From assembly GCA_048270225.1 (NCBI GenBank), contig JBLWTG010000004.1, positions 86,452 through 150,451 on the forward strand: a stretch of DNA of 64,000 nucleotides, read 5' to 3'. The notes beneath the pieces are model-generated. The model did no database searches and had not been told where the DNA came from. It saw only the letters and a program-made list of their open reading frames with translations. This stretch comes from Pusillimonas sp. (lineage in GTDB: Bacteria > Pseudomonadota > Gammaproteobacteria > Burkholderiales > Burkholderiaceae_B). This document shows, piece by piece, positions 50,164-60,315 of the stretch. Position 1 is the stretch's first letter. Every line of letters begins with the position of its first letter. The translations under genes and the position numbers were made by a program.

Positions 50164-51321
50164 TTATCCCAGGAAACGCTGCAGCCGCTGCACGGCTTCC
50201 TGCAGCCGGTCCAGGCCGGTGGCATAGGAAAGCCGTAATGAGTGCGCCGCGTGGGCGGGGCCGAAATCCAGGCCGGGCACGGCGGCTACGCCTGCCTCGT
50301 GCAGCAGCCGGTGCGAGAAGGCCATGCTGTCCTGGCTGTGCCGGCTGATATCGGCATAGATGTAAAACGCGCCGTCGGGCGTCACCGGCACATGCAGGCC
50401 CAGCTTTTCGAGTTCGGGCAGCAGGTAATCGCGCCGCTGCTTGAATGACAGCCGGCGGTTTTCGTACACCTGCATGACATCGGGCTCGAAACAGCTGATG
50501 GCGGCATGCTGGGCCAGCGAAGGGGCGCAGATGGCCAGGCTTGCGGCCAGTTTTTCGATGGCAGGCAACATGTCGGGCGGCGCCACCAGCCAGCCCAGCC
50601 GCCAGCCCGTCATGTGAAAGTATTTGGAAAAACTGTTGATGACGATGAGGTCGTCGTCCAGTGTCAGGGCGCTTTGCGGGGCCTCGTCGTAATACAGGCC
50701 CAGGTAGATTTCATCCATGATGATGAAGCCCTTGCGCTGGCGTACCTCGGCGATGAGTTCGCGCAGATCTTCGCGTGCGATGCTTGCGCCGGTGGGATTG
50801 CTGGGCGAGGCGATCAGTACGCCGCGCGTGGCCGGGCCCCAGTGTTCGCGGATGTCCTGCGCGCTCAGGTGAAAGCGTTGCGCGGCGGTGGCGGGAATCA
50901 GCCGCGGGACGCCGCCGGCGGCCATGATGAAGTTCTGGTTTGCGGGGTAGGACGGATCCGGCATCAGGATTTCGTCGCCAGGGTTGATCAGGGCCATGGT
51001 GGCCAGCAGCAGGGCGCCGGAAGCGCCCGAGGTGACAACGATGCGCGATGGATCGATCGGCGCGCCGAATGTATTCGCGTAGTAGTGCGCGATGGCGTCT
51101 CGCAGCAGCGGCAGGCCTGCCGGCGAGGTATAGCCGCTCAGTCCGGCCTGCGCTGCCCGGTTCAGCGTCTCGACGACCTGGGGCGGGGCGGTGAAGTCTG
51201 GTTCGCCTATGCCCAGGCTGATGATGTCGCGGCCTTGCGCCTGCAGGGCGCTGGCTTGTTTGAAAAGCTCCACAGCGTAGAATGGCACGACTTGTTCGGT
51301 ACGCTTGGCGAGGCGGGACAT
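50164..51321 (-). CDS. Class I/II PLP-dependent aminotransferase
   Basis: LGIGEPDF, SPSNPTG, DEIY, NSFSKYFHMTGWRLGW. Confidence 0.93.
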   Translation of the reverse strand: MSRLAKRTEQVVPFYAVELFKQASALQAQGRDIISLGIGEPDFTAPPQVVETLNRAAQAGLSGYTSPAGLPLLRDAIAHYYANTFGAPIDPSRIVVTSGASGALLLATMALINPGDEILMPDPSYPANQNFIMAAGGVPRLIPATAAQRFHLSAQDIREHWGPATRGVLIASPSNPTGASIAREDLRELIAEVRQRKGFIIMDEIYLGLYYDEAPQSALTLDDDLIVINSFSKYFHMTGWRLGWLVAPPDMLPAIEKLAASLAICAPSLAQHAAISCFEPDVMQVYENRRLSFKQRRDYLLPELEKLGLHVPVTPDGAFYIYADISRHSQDSMAFSHRLLHEAGVAAVPGLDFGPAHAAHSLRLSYATGLDRLQEAVQRLQRFLG

Positions 51322-51396
51322 GATGCGCAAATCTCAGGTAAAAGAAGGGATTGTAGCCTTCCTGCGTACGCCATCATTGATTCGAGGAAACCAACC

Positions 51397-52323
51397 ATGC
51401 AGTCGACTTCACGCCGAGCTTTTCTCACTGGCCGGCGCATCCCCACGGACCCCTGGCAGGCTTTTTGCCAGGCCATGCGCAGGTCTATGGAAGGAACGTT
51501 TTACGAATTCGAGACAGCCGACGGCCTGGGCGCCGCGCGGCTGACGCCCAAGCAGGCCTCAGAGGTGCACAAGGCCCGGAGCCTGTGCGAAGAGCATGGC
51601 GTATTGTTTGCGCTGGACGATATCCCGGGGGCGGCCCGCATCGAGGATATGCCTGTGCTGTGGGTGGATCCCGGCCGCAGTCTGGGCCGCTGCGAGCGGC
51701 TGGAGCCCGGCAGCTCGCAGTGGTTTGTGCAGCCTGGGTGCCTGCTCGGCGAGCTCGAGTCCGCCGGGCTGACGGCGTTTGCCGATCTTCCCTGCCATAT
51801 CACGGTGGCGGCCTGGCTGGCCGACCGCCGTCTGTGCGACTGGCCGGCGGGCGAAACCTTCCGCAGCGGCGTCGTGCATGCTTCCCTGCTGCTGGCAAAT
51901 GGCCAGCCTGTCAATCTGGGGCCGTTTGGCGAGCATAATCGCAAGCCGCTGGAAGGTGCGCGTCTGCAGCAGCTTGTTCCCGCGCTGTTTCAGCTCTCGG
52001 CCAGCGCGGCCGGCGCCGCCTGCCGGCAACTGCCGAGCTGGCCGGCCCGCTACCGCCTGGATGCGCTGGCGCCTGTCGAGGGGCAGACCGTCAATCTGGC
52101 GCATCTGCTGCTGGGGCATGGCGGCGATCTGGGTTGGGTGGAGTGGATTGTGATCGACGAGCGCCTGGCGCAGCCCATGGCCGAGCCGCCTTACGCTACC
52201 CGTTACACCCAGGCGCGCGCGGCGGATCAGGGGCTGGCGGCGCAGGCGGGCGAGCTCGATGCCGGGGTCAAGGCCTTGTTCGACCCTGAGGGCAGCTTTC
52301 CCCATCCAGGCCAGGAGCTCTGA
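51397..52323 (+). CDS. Hypothetical protein with degenerate FAD-binding (PCMH-like) features
   Basis: RBS GAGG upstream of MQSTSRRAFLTG; FVQPGCLLGEL and ITVAAWLA resemble FAD-linked oxidase N-terminal segments. Confidence 0.55.
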   Translation: MQSTSRRAFLTGRRIPTDPWQAFCQAMRRSMEGTFYEFETADGLGAARLTPKQASEVHKARSLCEEHGVLFALDDIPGAARIEDMPVLWVDPGRSLGRCERLEPGSSQWFVQPGCLLGELESAGLTAFADLPCHITVAAWLADRRLCDWPAGETFRSGVVHASLLLANGQPVNLGPFGEHNRKPLEGARLQQLVPALFQLSASAAGAACRQLPSWPARYRLDALAPVEGQTVNLAHLLLGHGGDLGWVEWIVIDERLAQPMAEPPYATRYTQARAADQGLAAQAGELDAGVKALFDPEGSFPHPGQEL

Positions 52324-52448
52324 AATCCGCTGTGCGGGCATGATGTGCAGGGGCTGATTCAGGCCATATTGGCACAGGCATATTCCTAACGGCGGCAAAA
52401 CGCTAGAATGAGCGTCTCGTTCACTTATCTTACGTTCAAAACGTCGCC

Positions 52449-54737
52449 ATGGAAGAAACGCTACGCAAAGCCGCGCTGGAATATCACGAATCCGGCCGTC
52501 CCGGCAAAATTTCTGTCACGCCCACCAAGCAATTGTCCAACCAGCGCGATCTGGCGCTGGCCTATTCCCCCGGCGTGGCAGCGGCTTGCGAGGAAATCGT
52601 CAACGATCCGAACAGCGCCGTGCGCTATACCGCGCGTGGCAATCTGGTGGGCGTCATCACCAACGGCACAGCGGTGCTGGGGCTGGGCAACATCGGCGCG
52701 CTGGCCTCCAAGCCGGTGATGGAAGGCAAGGCGGTGCTGTTCAAGAAGTTCGCGGGCATCGACGTGTTCGATATCGAGATCAACGAAACGGATCCGGACA
52801 AGCTGGTCGACATCATCGCGGGGCTGGAGCCCACCTTTGGCGGCATCAACCTCGAAGACATCAAGGCGCCGGAGTGTTTTACCGTGGAGCGCAAGCTGCG
52901 CGAACGCATGAACATCCCGGTCTTTCATGACGACCAGCATGGCACGGCCATCTGTGTGTCCTCGGCCTTCATCAACGGCATCGAGGTGGTGGGCAAGCGT
53001 ATCTCCGAGGTCAAGGTCGTGGTGTCGGGCGCCGGCGCCGCCGCGCTGGCCTGCCTGGATCTCATGGTCGACCTTGGCCTGCCGCTGGAAAATATCTGGG
53101 TTTCCGACATCGAGGGCGTGGTCTACAAGGGCCGCACGGTGCTGATGGACCCGGACAAGGCCCGTTTTGCGCAGGATACCGAGGCGCGCACGCTGGGCGA
53201 CATCATCGGCGGCGCCGACGTCTTCCTGGGGCTGTCCGCCGGCGGCGTGCTCAAGCCCGACATGGTCAAGCAAATGGCGGCGCGCCCGCTGATCCTGGCC
53301 CTGGCCAATCCCAATCCCGAAATCCTGCCCGAAGACGCGCTGGCGGTGCGCGACGATGTGGTCATGGCGACCGGGCGCTCCGATTATCCCAACCAGGTCA
53401 ACAATGTCCTGTGCTTTCCCTACATTTTCCGCGGTGCGCTGGATGTCGGCGCCACCACCATTACGCGCGGCATGGAAAAGGCGGCGGTCCTGGCCATTTG
53501 CAAGCTGGCCCGCGAAGAGCAGAACGATGTCGTGGCGGCAGCCTACGGCACCTATGGGGTTTCCTTCGGGGCTGAGTATTTCATTCCCAAGCCCTTCGAT
53601 CCCCGCCTGATCGTGCGCATCGGCGTTGCAGTGGCCCGCGCTGCCATGGAAGACGGCGTGGCCACGCGTCCGCTGGCCGATATCGACAGCTATGCCGATC
53701 AGTTGCAGCAGTTCGTCTATCGTTCCGGTTCTTTCATGAAGCCGCTGTTTTCGTCGGTCAAGAAGCTGGTGCGCGATGGCGGCAAGTCACGCATCGTCTT
53801 CACGGAAGGCGAGGAAGAGCGCGTGCTGCGCGCGGTGCAGATCGTGGTCGACGAAAAACTGGCGCGGCCTATCCTGGTGGGCCGCCCCTCGGTCTTGGCG
53901 GATCGCATCAAGCGCTTCGGCCTGCGCCTGGAGCTGGGCAAGGATGTCGAGGTCACCAATCCCGACTACGACGAACGCTTCCATCGCTACTGGACTACCT
54001 ACTGGGAAATCATGTGCCGCCGGGGCATCAGCAAGGAAATGGCGCGGGTCGAAATGCGCCGGCGCCTGACGCTGATCGGCGCGATGATGGTGCACTTGGG
54101 CGACGCGGACGGCATGGTGTGCGGCACGGTGGGCAGCTATGCCAACCACCTGCAGTTCATCGACCAGGTCATCGGCAAGCAGCCGGGCACCTGCACCTAC
54201 GCCGCCATGAATATTCTGCTGCTGGCCGAGCGTACGATCGCCATGGCCGATACGCACGTGAACGATGATCCGAATGCCGAGCAGATTGCCGAGATCACGC
54301 TGGCCGCCGCCGCTGAAATGCGCCGCCTGAACATGGAACCCAAAGTGGCCTTGCTGTCGCGGTCCAACTTCGGCACAGGCAGCTCGTCCTCGGGCGCCAA
54401 GATGCAGGAGGCGCTGGCCATGGTGCGCGAACGCGATCCCGAGCTCGAGGTCGACGGCGAGATGCATGGCGACTGCGCGCTGGACGAAGCATTGCGCCAG
54501 CGCATCCTGCCGTCCACCACGCTCAAGGGCGAGGCCAATTTGCTGATCTGTCCCAATGTGGATTCGGGCAATATCGCGTACAACCTGCTCAAGACAGCGG
54601 CGGGCGGCAATGTGGCCGTCGGCCCCTTCCTGCTTGGCGCCAATGCGCCGGTGCATATCCTGACCTCCAGTTCAACGGTGCGGCGCATTGTCAACATGGC
54701 GGCACTGACTGTGCTCGATGCAAACCGGCCGTCCTGA
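52449..54737 (+). CDS. maeB: NADP-dependent malic enzyme (with PTA-like domain)
   Basis: [30 protein letters not shown]; C-terminal phosphotransacetylase-like domain. Confidence 0.97.
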   Translation: MEETLRKAALEYHESGRPGKISVTPTKQLSNQRDLALAYSPGVAAACEEIVNDPNSAVRYTARGNLVGVITNGTAVLGLGNIGALASKPVMEGKAVLFKKFAGIDVFDIEINETDPDKLVDIIAGLEPTFGGINLEDIKAPECFTVERKLRERMNIPVFHDDQHGTAICVSSAFINGIEVVGKRISEVKVVVSGAGAAALACLDLMVDLGLPLENIWVSDIEGVVYKGRTVLMDPDKARFAQDTEARTLGDIIGGADVFLGLSAGGVLKPDMVKQMAARPLILALANPNPEILPEDALAVRDDVVMATGRSDYPNQVNNVLCFPYIFRGALDVGATTITRGMEKAAVLAICKLAREEQNDVVAAAYGTYGVSFGAEYFIPKPFDPRLIVRIGVAVARAAMEDGVATRPLADIDSYADQLQQFVYRSGSFMKPLFSSVKKLVRDGGKSRIVFTEGEEERVLRAVQIVVDEKLARPILVGRPSVLADRIKRFGLRLELGKDVEVTNPDYDERFHRYWTTYWEIMCRRGISKEMARVEMRRRLTLIGAMMVHLGDADGMVCGTVGSYANHLQFIDQVIGKQPGTCTYAAMNILLLAERTIAMADTHVNDDPNAEQIAEITLAAAAEMRRLNMEPKVALLSRSNFGTGSSSSGAKMQEALAMVRERDPELEVDGEMHGDCALDEALRQRILPSTTLKGEANLLICPNVDSGNIAYNLLKTAAGGNVAVGPFLLGANAPVHILTSSSTVRRIVNMAALTVLDANRPS

Positions 54738-55929
54738 TCTGCCCGCAACAAATTCCCTGGGCCTGGTGTTGATGGGGGGCGGCGCACGCGCCGCCTATCA
54801 GGCCGGGGTGCTGGCGGGTTTGCTCGATATCCTGGATCCGGACCGCTCGCCAGATTTCCGCAATCCCTTCGGCATTATCTGCGGCTCCTCGGCCGGCGCG
54901 GTCAATGCGGCCGCGTTGGGTTGCCGTGCCAATGACGTACACGAAGCCTGCGATCACCTGGAGGCGCTGTGGGGCGGGCTGCATACCGGCATGGTTTACC
55001 ACGCCGATGCGCCGCGCCTGCTGTACACGGGTTTGCGCTGGCTGGGCCTGCTGATGATGGGCTGGGCGATGCCCAAGACCGGCCACCGGCGTCCCCGCTC
55101 GCTGCTGGACAACGCGCCCTTGCGCACGCTGCTTGATGCCACGCTCGATTTTGCCCGGCTGCAGCGCAATCTGGATGAAGGCAATCTGCAGTCGCTGGCC
55201 ATTACCGCTGCCGGCTATACCACTGGCGAGCATCTGACCTTTTACCAGTCCACCAATACCATCGAGCCCTGGTCGCGCTCGCTGCGACAGGCCATTCCCT
55301 GCAATATCGGTGTCGACCACCTCCTGGCGTCCAGCTCCATCCCTTTTATCTTTCCGGCGCAGGCGCTGTCTGTGCGGGGCTTGACGCAATGGTGCGGCGA
55401 TGGCTCCATGCGCCAGCTTGCGCCCATGAGTCCGGCCATTCATCTGGGAGCGAGCAAGATCTGCGTGATCGGTACGGGGCACCGCGACGATACCCACCCG
55501 GAAGAGCAGCAGGCCAGGCCGCTGTATCCCTCGCTGGCGCAGATCGGCGGCCATGCCTTGTCCAATATTTTCCTGGACAGCCTGTCCATGGATGTGGAGC
55601 GGATGCAACGCATTAATGATCTGCTTGCCTTGTTGCCGCCAAATGCATTACAAAGCCAATCGCTGCGTCCAGTCAGTACCTTCGTGATTACGCCCAGTCG
55701 CTCTCTGGATGAGCTGGCGCTTGAGCATATCGAACAGTTGCCTCACGCTGCCCGTACCCTTTTTCGTGTTCTTGGTGTATCGTCGACTTCCGGGCCAACA
55801 ACCGGCGGTGCACTGATTTCCTATTTGTTGTTTGAGGCCAGTTTTACTCAAGAGCTCCTCCGTCTCGGGCGGGCTGACAGCATGAGCCGTGTTGAAGAAG
55901 TGAAAGCGTTTTTCAAGGAGACGCAGTAA
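54718..55929 (+). CDS. Patatin-like phospholipase
   Basis: GGGARAAYQAG, GSSAG nucleophile elbow, DGS motif. Confidence 0.9.
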   Translation: MQTGRPDLPATNSLGLVLMGGGARAAYQAGVLAGLLDILDPDRSPDFRNPFGIICGSSAGAVNAAALGCRANDVHEACDHLEALWGGLHTGMVYHADAPRLLYTGLRWLGLLMMGWAMPKTGHRRPRSLLDNAPLRTLLDATLDFARLQRNLDEGNLQSLAITAAGYTTGEHLTFYQSTNTIEPWSRSLRQAIPCNIGVDHLLASSSIPFIFPAQALSVRGLTQWCGDGSMRQLAPMSPAIHLGASKICVIGTGHRDDTHPEEQQARPLYPSLAQIGGHALSNIFLDSLSMDVERMQRINDLLALLPPNALQSQSLRPVSTFVITPSRSLDELALEHIEQLPHAARTLFRVLGVSSTSGPTTGGALISYLLFEASFTQELLRLGRADSMSRVEEVKAFFKETQ

Positions 55930-56396
55930 TGAGCCAAGCGCAGTCGTTGCAAAAAAAATTGCAAAAAGGCGGTTTGATCGATCTGCCTGCCGTGTCCCAG
56001 GAACAAGCCCTAGCGGGCGCCCGTGAAGCGGGCATGACGGCCTTTGTCGTCGATTGCGATCGTGCGCGCAGTCGTTCTGCCGTCTTGCGTGCGGTGGTCA
56101 AGGCCGTGGATTTCCCCGAGTATTTCGGCGGCAATCTGGACGCGCTCTACGATTGCCTGTGCGATACCGTGCTGGACCATAAAAACGGCCTGTTTCTATG
56201 GTTTCGCAAACTGCACTCCGGCGATCCCGCGCTTGAGGAAGACGCCCGGTCGATTATTGCCGTATGCGACGATGTTGCCGATTTCGCCGGCAATAACGAA
56301 CGGCTGTTCAGCTATATCGTCGAGCATGCGGGCAAGCACCCGGAACCGGAACCAGGACATGAGCCTGCTTCATACCCCGGCGGCGAAGGCGACTGA
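55929..56396 (+). CDS. Barstar family protein
   Basis: DFPEYFGGNLDALYDCL. Confidence 0.85.
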   Translation: MSQAQSLQKKLQKGGLIDLPAVSQEQALAGAREAGMTAFVVDCDRARSRSAVLRAVVKAVDFPEYFGGNLDALYDCLCDTVLDHKNGLFLWFRKLHSGDPALEEDARSIIAVCDDVADFAGNNERLFSYIVEHAGKHPEPEPGHEPASYPGGEGD

Positions 56397-56398
56397 TT

Positions 56399-57133
56399 CT
56401 ATGTCCACGCCAGCAGCGCGCTGGATGCCGCGATCAGCGCCAGCCCTGCTGTTTCCGTGCGCAGCACGCTGCGCCCGAAACTGACCGGCGTCAGGCTGTG
56501 CTGCTGCGTGAGCCGCAGTTCGTCGTCGGACCATCCTCCCTCTGGGCCTACCAGCAATGTCAATGAGGCCTCGACCTGGTCGAGCGCCTGGGCCAGGGTG
56601 CGCTGCGCGCCGGGGTGGCAGAACAGTGTCGTTGCGGGGTCAGGTGTGCTGTTTTCCAGGTAGGCTTGCAGGGTGCAGGGTTCGTGGATGTCCATCAGCC
56701 GATTGCGTCCGCACTGCTCGCTGGCGGACAGCGCGATGCGGCGCCAGTGAGCCAGCCGCTTGCGCAGGCGGTCTCCGGACAGCTGCAGCACGCTGCGGTG
56801 GGCGAACACAGGCTGTACCTCGGCAGCGCCCAGCTCTACCGCTTTTTCGATGATCCAGTCCATTTTGTCGCCTGAAGGTATGCCTTGCACGAGGACGATG
56901 CGCCCGCCCAGTTCGGTTTCGATGGGGGCGTGCGCGCCCAGCCTGGCATAGCCCTGTTTGCCGTCGATGATCAAGTGGCCTGGGTATTGGCCTCCCTGGC
57001 CGTCGAACAGGACAAGCGGCGCGTCGGGCTTGAGCCGCAGCACGCGAATGGCGTGGTGGGCGAGGGCGTCGGGCAGGGCCACGGTGCTGTCGGCCGTCAG
57101 CGGGCCGGGATGGAAGAATCGGGGCAGGGTCAT
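56399..57133 (-). CDS. rsmE: 16S rRNA m3U1498 methyltransferase
   Basis: HHAIRVLRL, KAVELG, VGPEGGW, VLRTETAG. Confidence 0.95.
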   Translation of the reverse strand: MTLPRFFHPGPLTADSTVALPDALAHHAIRVLRLKPDAPLVLFDGQGGQYPGHLIIDGKQGYARLGAHAPIETELGGRIVLVQGIPSGDKMDWIIEKAVELGAAEVQPVFAHRSVLQLSGDRLRKRLAHWRRIALSASEQCGRNRLMDIHEPCTLQAYLENSTPDPATTLFCHPGAQRTLAQALDQVEASLTLLVGPEGGWSDDELRLTQQHSLTPVSFGRSVLRTETAGLALIAASSALLAWT

Positions 57134-57251
57134 GGCAACAGGGGCGGCGACGGAAAACGGAGTGCTGTGGTTGATATGGCGTGAGTGCAGCCAGCGGGGT
57201 TGCGGCTGTCGTGCGTCAAGCATACTGTACCGCAGGGTGGTGCGGCTTTGC

Positions 57252-58125
57252 ATGCTTTCTGTTGACGGGCGGCGCGCGCATCTCCTGTCTTCCGGTGCAC
57301 GCTGTGCCGGTGCGGTGCTCGTGTGTTGAGCGTGGCTTGGGCTGTGTGCTGTCTATTGACGGTCGATGCGCAGCTTCCCTGTCTTGCGGCACAAGCTGAG
57401 CCGGTTCGGCGCCCACGCGCCGAACATCGCATCGGCTTGCTCGTCCGGGCCCTGCGGCCCTCCCTTCGCGAGCGCCTTGCTCGGCTCAGATAGTGCCTTC
57501 AGACAGGGAAGCTGCACACCGCCCTGCGGTGAATATTGACGGGACGCCGCCGGGGCGGCCAGCGTGCTTGGCCTTCTTGCGGTGTGCTGTGCCTGTGCGA
57601 AAGACTTCTTGCGCTCGTGAACATGGGCCCCACTATCTGGGCCCATGTTCACGTCGGAGCGTTGGTTGCTGAGGGATGTCCTTGTGCAGCGCTGGCTGTT
57701 GGGGGCGCGCAGCGCTTTGAAGCCGTCCATCTGCGCGCCCAGCCAAACACGTGCACGGCCTTGCCGTAGCAGGCGCCCCGCCGTGAAAACCCAGCCTTTC
57801 GCCCTCCCACGCCCCGACGTGAAGACGGCCCCAGATAGTGGGGGCCGTCTTCACCAGCGCAAGAAGTCTTCCGCCAGGAGCTAAAGCAACGCAAAAAGGC
57901 CAAGCAAACAGACCGTCCCAACGGCGCCCCGCCATCATTCACCGCAGGGCGGTGTGCAGCTTTCCTGTCTGAAGGCACTATCTGAGCCGAGCGAGGCGGA
58001 GGCGAAGGGAGGGCCGAACGGCCCGGACGAGCAAGCCGATGCGATGTTCGGCGCGTGGGCGCCGAACCGGCTCAGCTTGTGCCGCAAGACAGGGAAGCTG
58101 CGCATCGACCGTCAACAGAAAGCAT
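57252..58125. repeat. Nested inverted-repeat element: two ~370-bp copies head-to-head plus a degenerate partial copy, bounded by 17-bp perfect terminal IRs
   Basis: 57356-57451 is the exact reverse complement of 58020-58115 (96 bp); 57452-57534 vs 57937-58019 differ at 7 of 83 positions; ATGCTTTCTGTTGACGG (57252-57268) pairs with 58109-58125. Confidence 0.95.
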
Positions 58126-58254
58126 ACGCAACCCCTGCACCCCGCGTCCCAAAACCCCATACCCGCCCCAATGGTAAAATCGATTGCTTTGCATATCCTT
58201 CAATATCGAGGGGCCGGCCTGCTTACCGGGACGGCGCCTTTTGCGAGTGTTCCG

Positions 58255-60300
58255 ATGAGCCTTACCCCTGCCCAAGATACCTCCATGGCCAATGCAATCC
58301 GCGCCCTGGCCATGGACGCAGTCCAACAAGCCAACTCGGGACATCCCGGCGCCCCCATGGGCATGGCCGACATCGCCGAAGTCCTCTGGACCCGCCATCT
58401 GCGCCACAACCCCGCCGACCCTGCATGGCTGGATCGCGACCGCTTCGTACTGTCCAACGGCCACGGCTCCATGCTGCTGTATGCCTTGTTGCATCTGACC
58501 GGCTACGATCTGCCCATCGACGAACTGCGCAACTTCCGGCAATTGCACTCGCGCACCCCCGGCCACCCCGAAGTCGGCATGACCCCCGGTGTCGAAACCA
58601 CCACAGGCCCCCTGGGCCAGGGCATAGGCAACGCAGTCGGCATGGCGCTGGCCGAAGCCCTGCTCGCGCAGGAATTCAACCGCGAAGGCCACAAGGTCGT
58701 CGATCACTACACCTACGCATTTGCCGGCGACGGCTGCCTGATGGAAGGCATTTCGCACGAGGCCTGCTCTCTGGCCGGCACGCTCAAGCTGTCCAAGCTT
58801 ATCCTGTTTTACGACGACAACGGCATTTCCATCGACGGCCACGTCGAAAGCTGGTTCGGCGACAACACTCCGGAACGCTTCGCGGCCTATGGCTGGAATG
58901 TGATTCCCAACGTGGATGGGCACGACGCCGCCTCCATCGAAGCGGCCATCGAGCAGGCGCATCAGTTCGCCGCCCAGGCCAAGGGGCCGACCATCATCTG
59001 CTGCCGTACCGTGATCGGCAAGGGTGCGCCCACCATGGCCGGCACCGAAAAAGTGCACGGCGCGGCGCTGGGCGAAAAAGAAATCGAAGCCACGCGCGAA
59101 GCGCTCAACTGGCCCTATCCGCCGTTCGACATTCCGAAAGAAATCTACAGCTACTGGGATGGCAAGCAAAAGGGCGGCCAGCTGCAGGCGCAATGGCAGC
59201 AAGGCCTTGACGCCTATGCTCAGGCCTACCCGCAGGAAGCCGCCGAACTGCAGCGCCGCATGCACGGCGAACTGCCGGCCGATTTTACTGAGCGCGTGCG
59301 CGCCTTCATACAGCAAACCAACGACAAGGCCGAAACCGTTGCCACCCGCAAGGCATCGCAACAGGCCATCACGGCTCTGGTCGAGATGCTGCCCGAAATG
59401 CTGGGCGGGTCGGCCGACCTGACCGGCTCCAATCTGACCAACTGGAAGGGTGTGGAGCCCGTGCGTGCAGGCGACCTGCACCTGCGTTTCGGTCGTCACA
59501 TCAACTACGGCGTACGCGAATTCGGCATGGCTGCCATCATGAACGGCATCGCCCTGCATGGCGGTTACCTGCCATTTGGCGGCACCTTCCTGACCTTCTC
59601 GGATTACTCCCGCAACGCCATCCGCATGGCGGCGCTCATGAAACAGCGCGTCGTGCATGTGTTTACCCATGATTCCATCGGGCTGGGCGAAGACGGCCCT
59701 ACCCACCAGTCCGTCGAGCATGCGGCCAGCCTGCGCCTGATCCCCAATCTCCATGTCTGGCGTCCCTGCGACACCACCGAAACCGCGGCCGCCTGGGCCT
59801 ACGCAATCCGTCGTCCGGTCAGCATCGGCATGACTGTGCGCGAAGGCGGCCCCAGCGCATTGCTGCTGTCGCGCCAGAACCTCGAGTTCGTGCCGCGCGA
59901 CGAGCAGGCCATTGCCGACATCAACCGCGGCGGTTACGTGCTGCGCGACGCCAAAAATCCCAAGGCGGTGATCATCGCCACCGGTTCCGAGGTAGGGATT
60001 GCGCTGGCTGCGCAAAAACAGCTGGCCGACAAAGGCATCGCCGTGCGTGTGGTGTCCATGCCGTGCGCCAATGTATTCGATGAGCAGGACCAGGCCTGGC
60101 GCGACGCCGTGCTGCCCAAGGGGCTGCCGCGCGTGGCGGTCGAGGCCGGCGTTACCTGGGGCTGGTACAAGTACGTGGGTGTGGACGGCGCGGTGGTGGG
60201 CCTGGACCGCTACGGCGAGTCGGCCCCCGGCGGCGAGCTCTTCGAGTATTTCGGGTTTACTGCCGGCCATGTCGCCGAGGCAGTGGAAAAGGTTCTATAA
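58255..60300 (+). CDS. tkt: Transketolase
   Basis: [30 protein letters not shown]. Confidence 0.97.
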   Translation: MSLTPAQDTSMANAIRALAMDAVQQANSGHPGAPMGMADIAEVLWTRHLRHNPADPAWLDRDRFVLSNGHGSMLLYALLHLTGYDLPIDELRNFRQLHSRTPGHPEVGMTPGVETTTGPLGQGIGNAVGMALAEALLAQEFNREGHKVVDHYTYAFAGDGCLMEGISHEACSLAGTLKLSKLILFYDDNGISIDGHVESWFGDNTPERFAAYGWNVIPNVDGHDAASIEAAIEQAHQFAAQAKGPTIICCRTVIGKGAPTMAGTEKVHGAALGEKEIEATREALNWPYPPFDIPKEIYSYWDGKQKGGQLQAQWQQGLDAYAQAYPQEAAELQRRMHGELPADFTERVRAFIQQTNDKAETVATRKASQQAITALVEMLPEMLGGSADLTGSNLTNWKGVEPVRAGDLHLRFGRHINYGVREFGMAAIMNGIALHGGYLPFGGTFLTFSDYSRNAIRMAALMKQRVVHVFTHDSIGLGEDGPTHQSVEHAASLRLIPNLHVWRPCDTTETAAAWAYAIRRPVSIGMTVREGGPSALLLSRQNLEFVPRDEQAIADINRGGYVLRDAKNPKAVIIATGSEVGIALAAQKQLADKGIAVRVVSMPCANVFDEQDQAWRDAVLPKGLPRVAVEAGVTWGWYKYVGVDGAVVGLDRYGESAPGGELFEYFGFTAGHVAEAVEKVL

Positions 60301-60315
60301 AACAGGAGTGAAGTA

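Noticed and set aside
57353-58160. Small ORFs sharing the peptide [12 protein letters not shown]...KLRIDRQ as duplicated genes or a toxin
   Set aside because: They are translations of the inverted DNA repeat. The conserved signal is base-pairing, not codon structure.
58072-60270. Long antisense ORFs (732 aa opposite tkt; 767 aa at 37358-39661 opposite secDF; 495 aa opposite zorA; others)
   Set aside because: Shadow ORFs expected opposite high-GC coding genes. They have no recognisable motifs and fully overlap well-supported genes.
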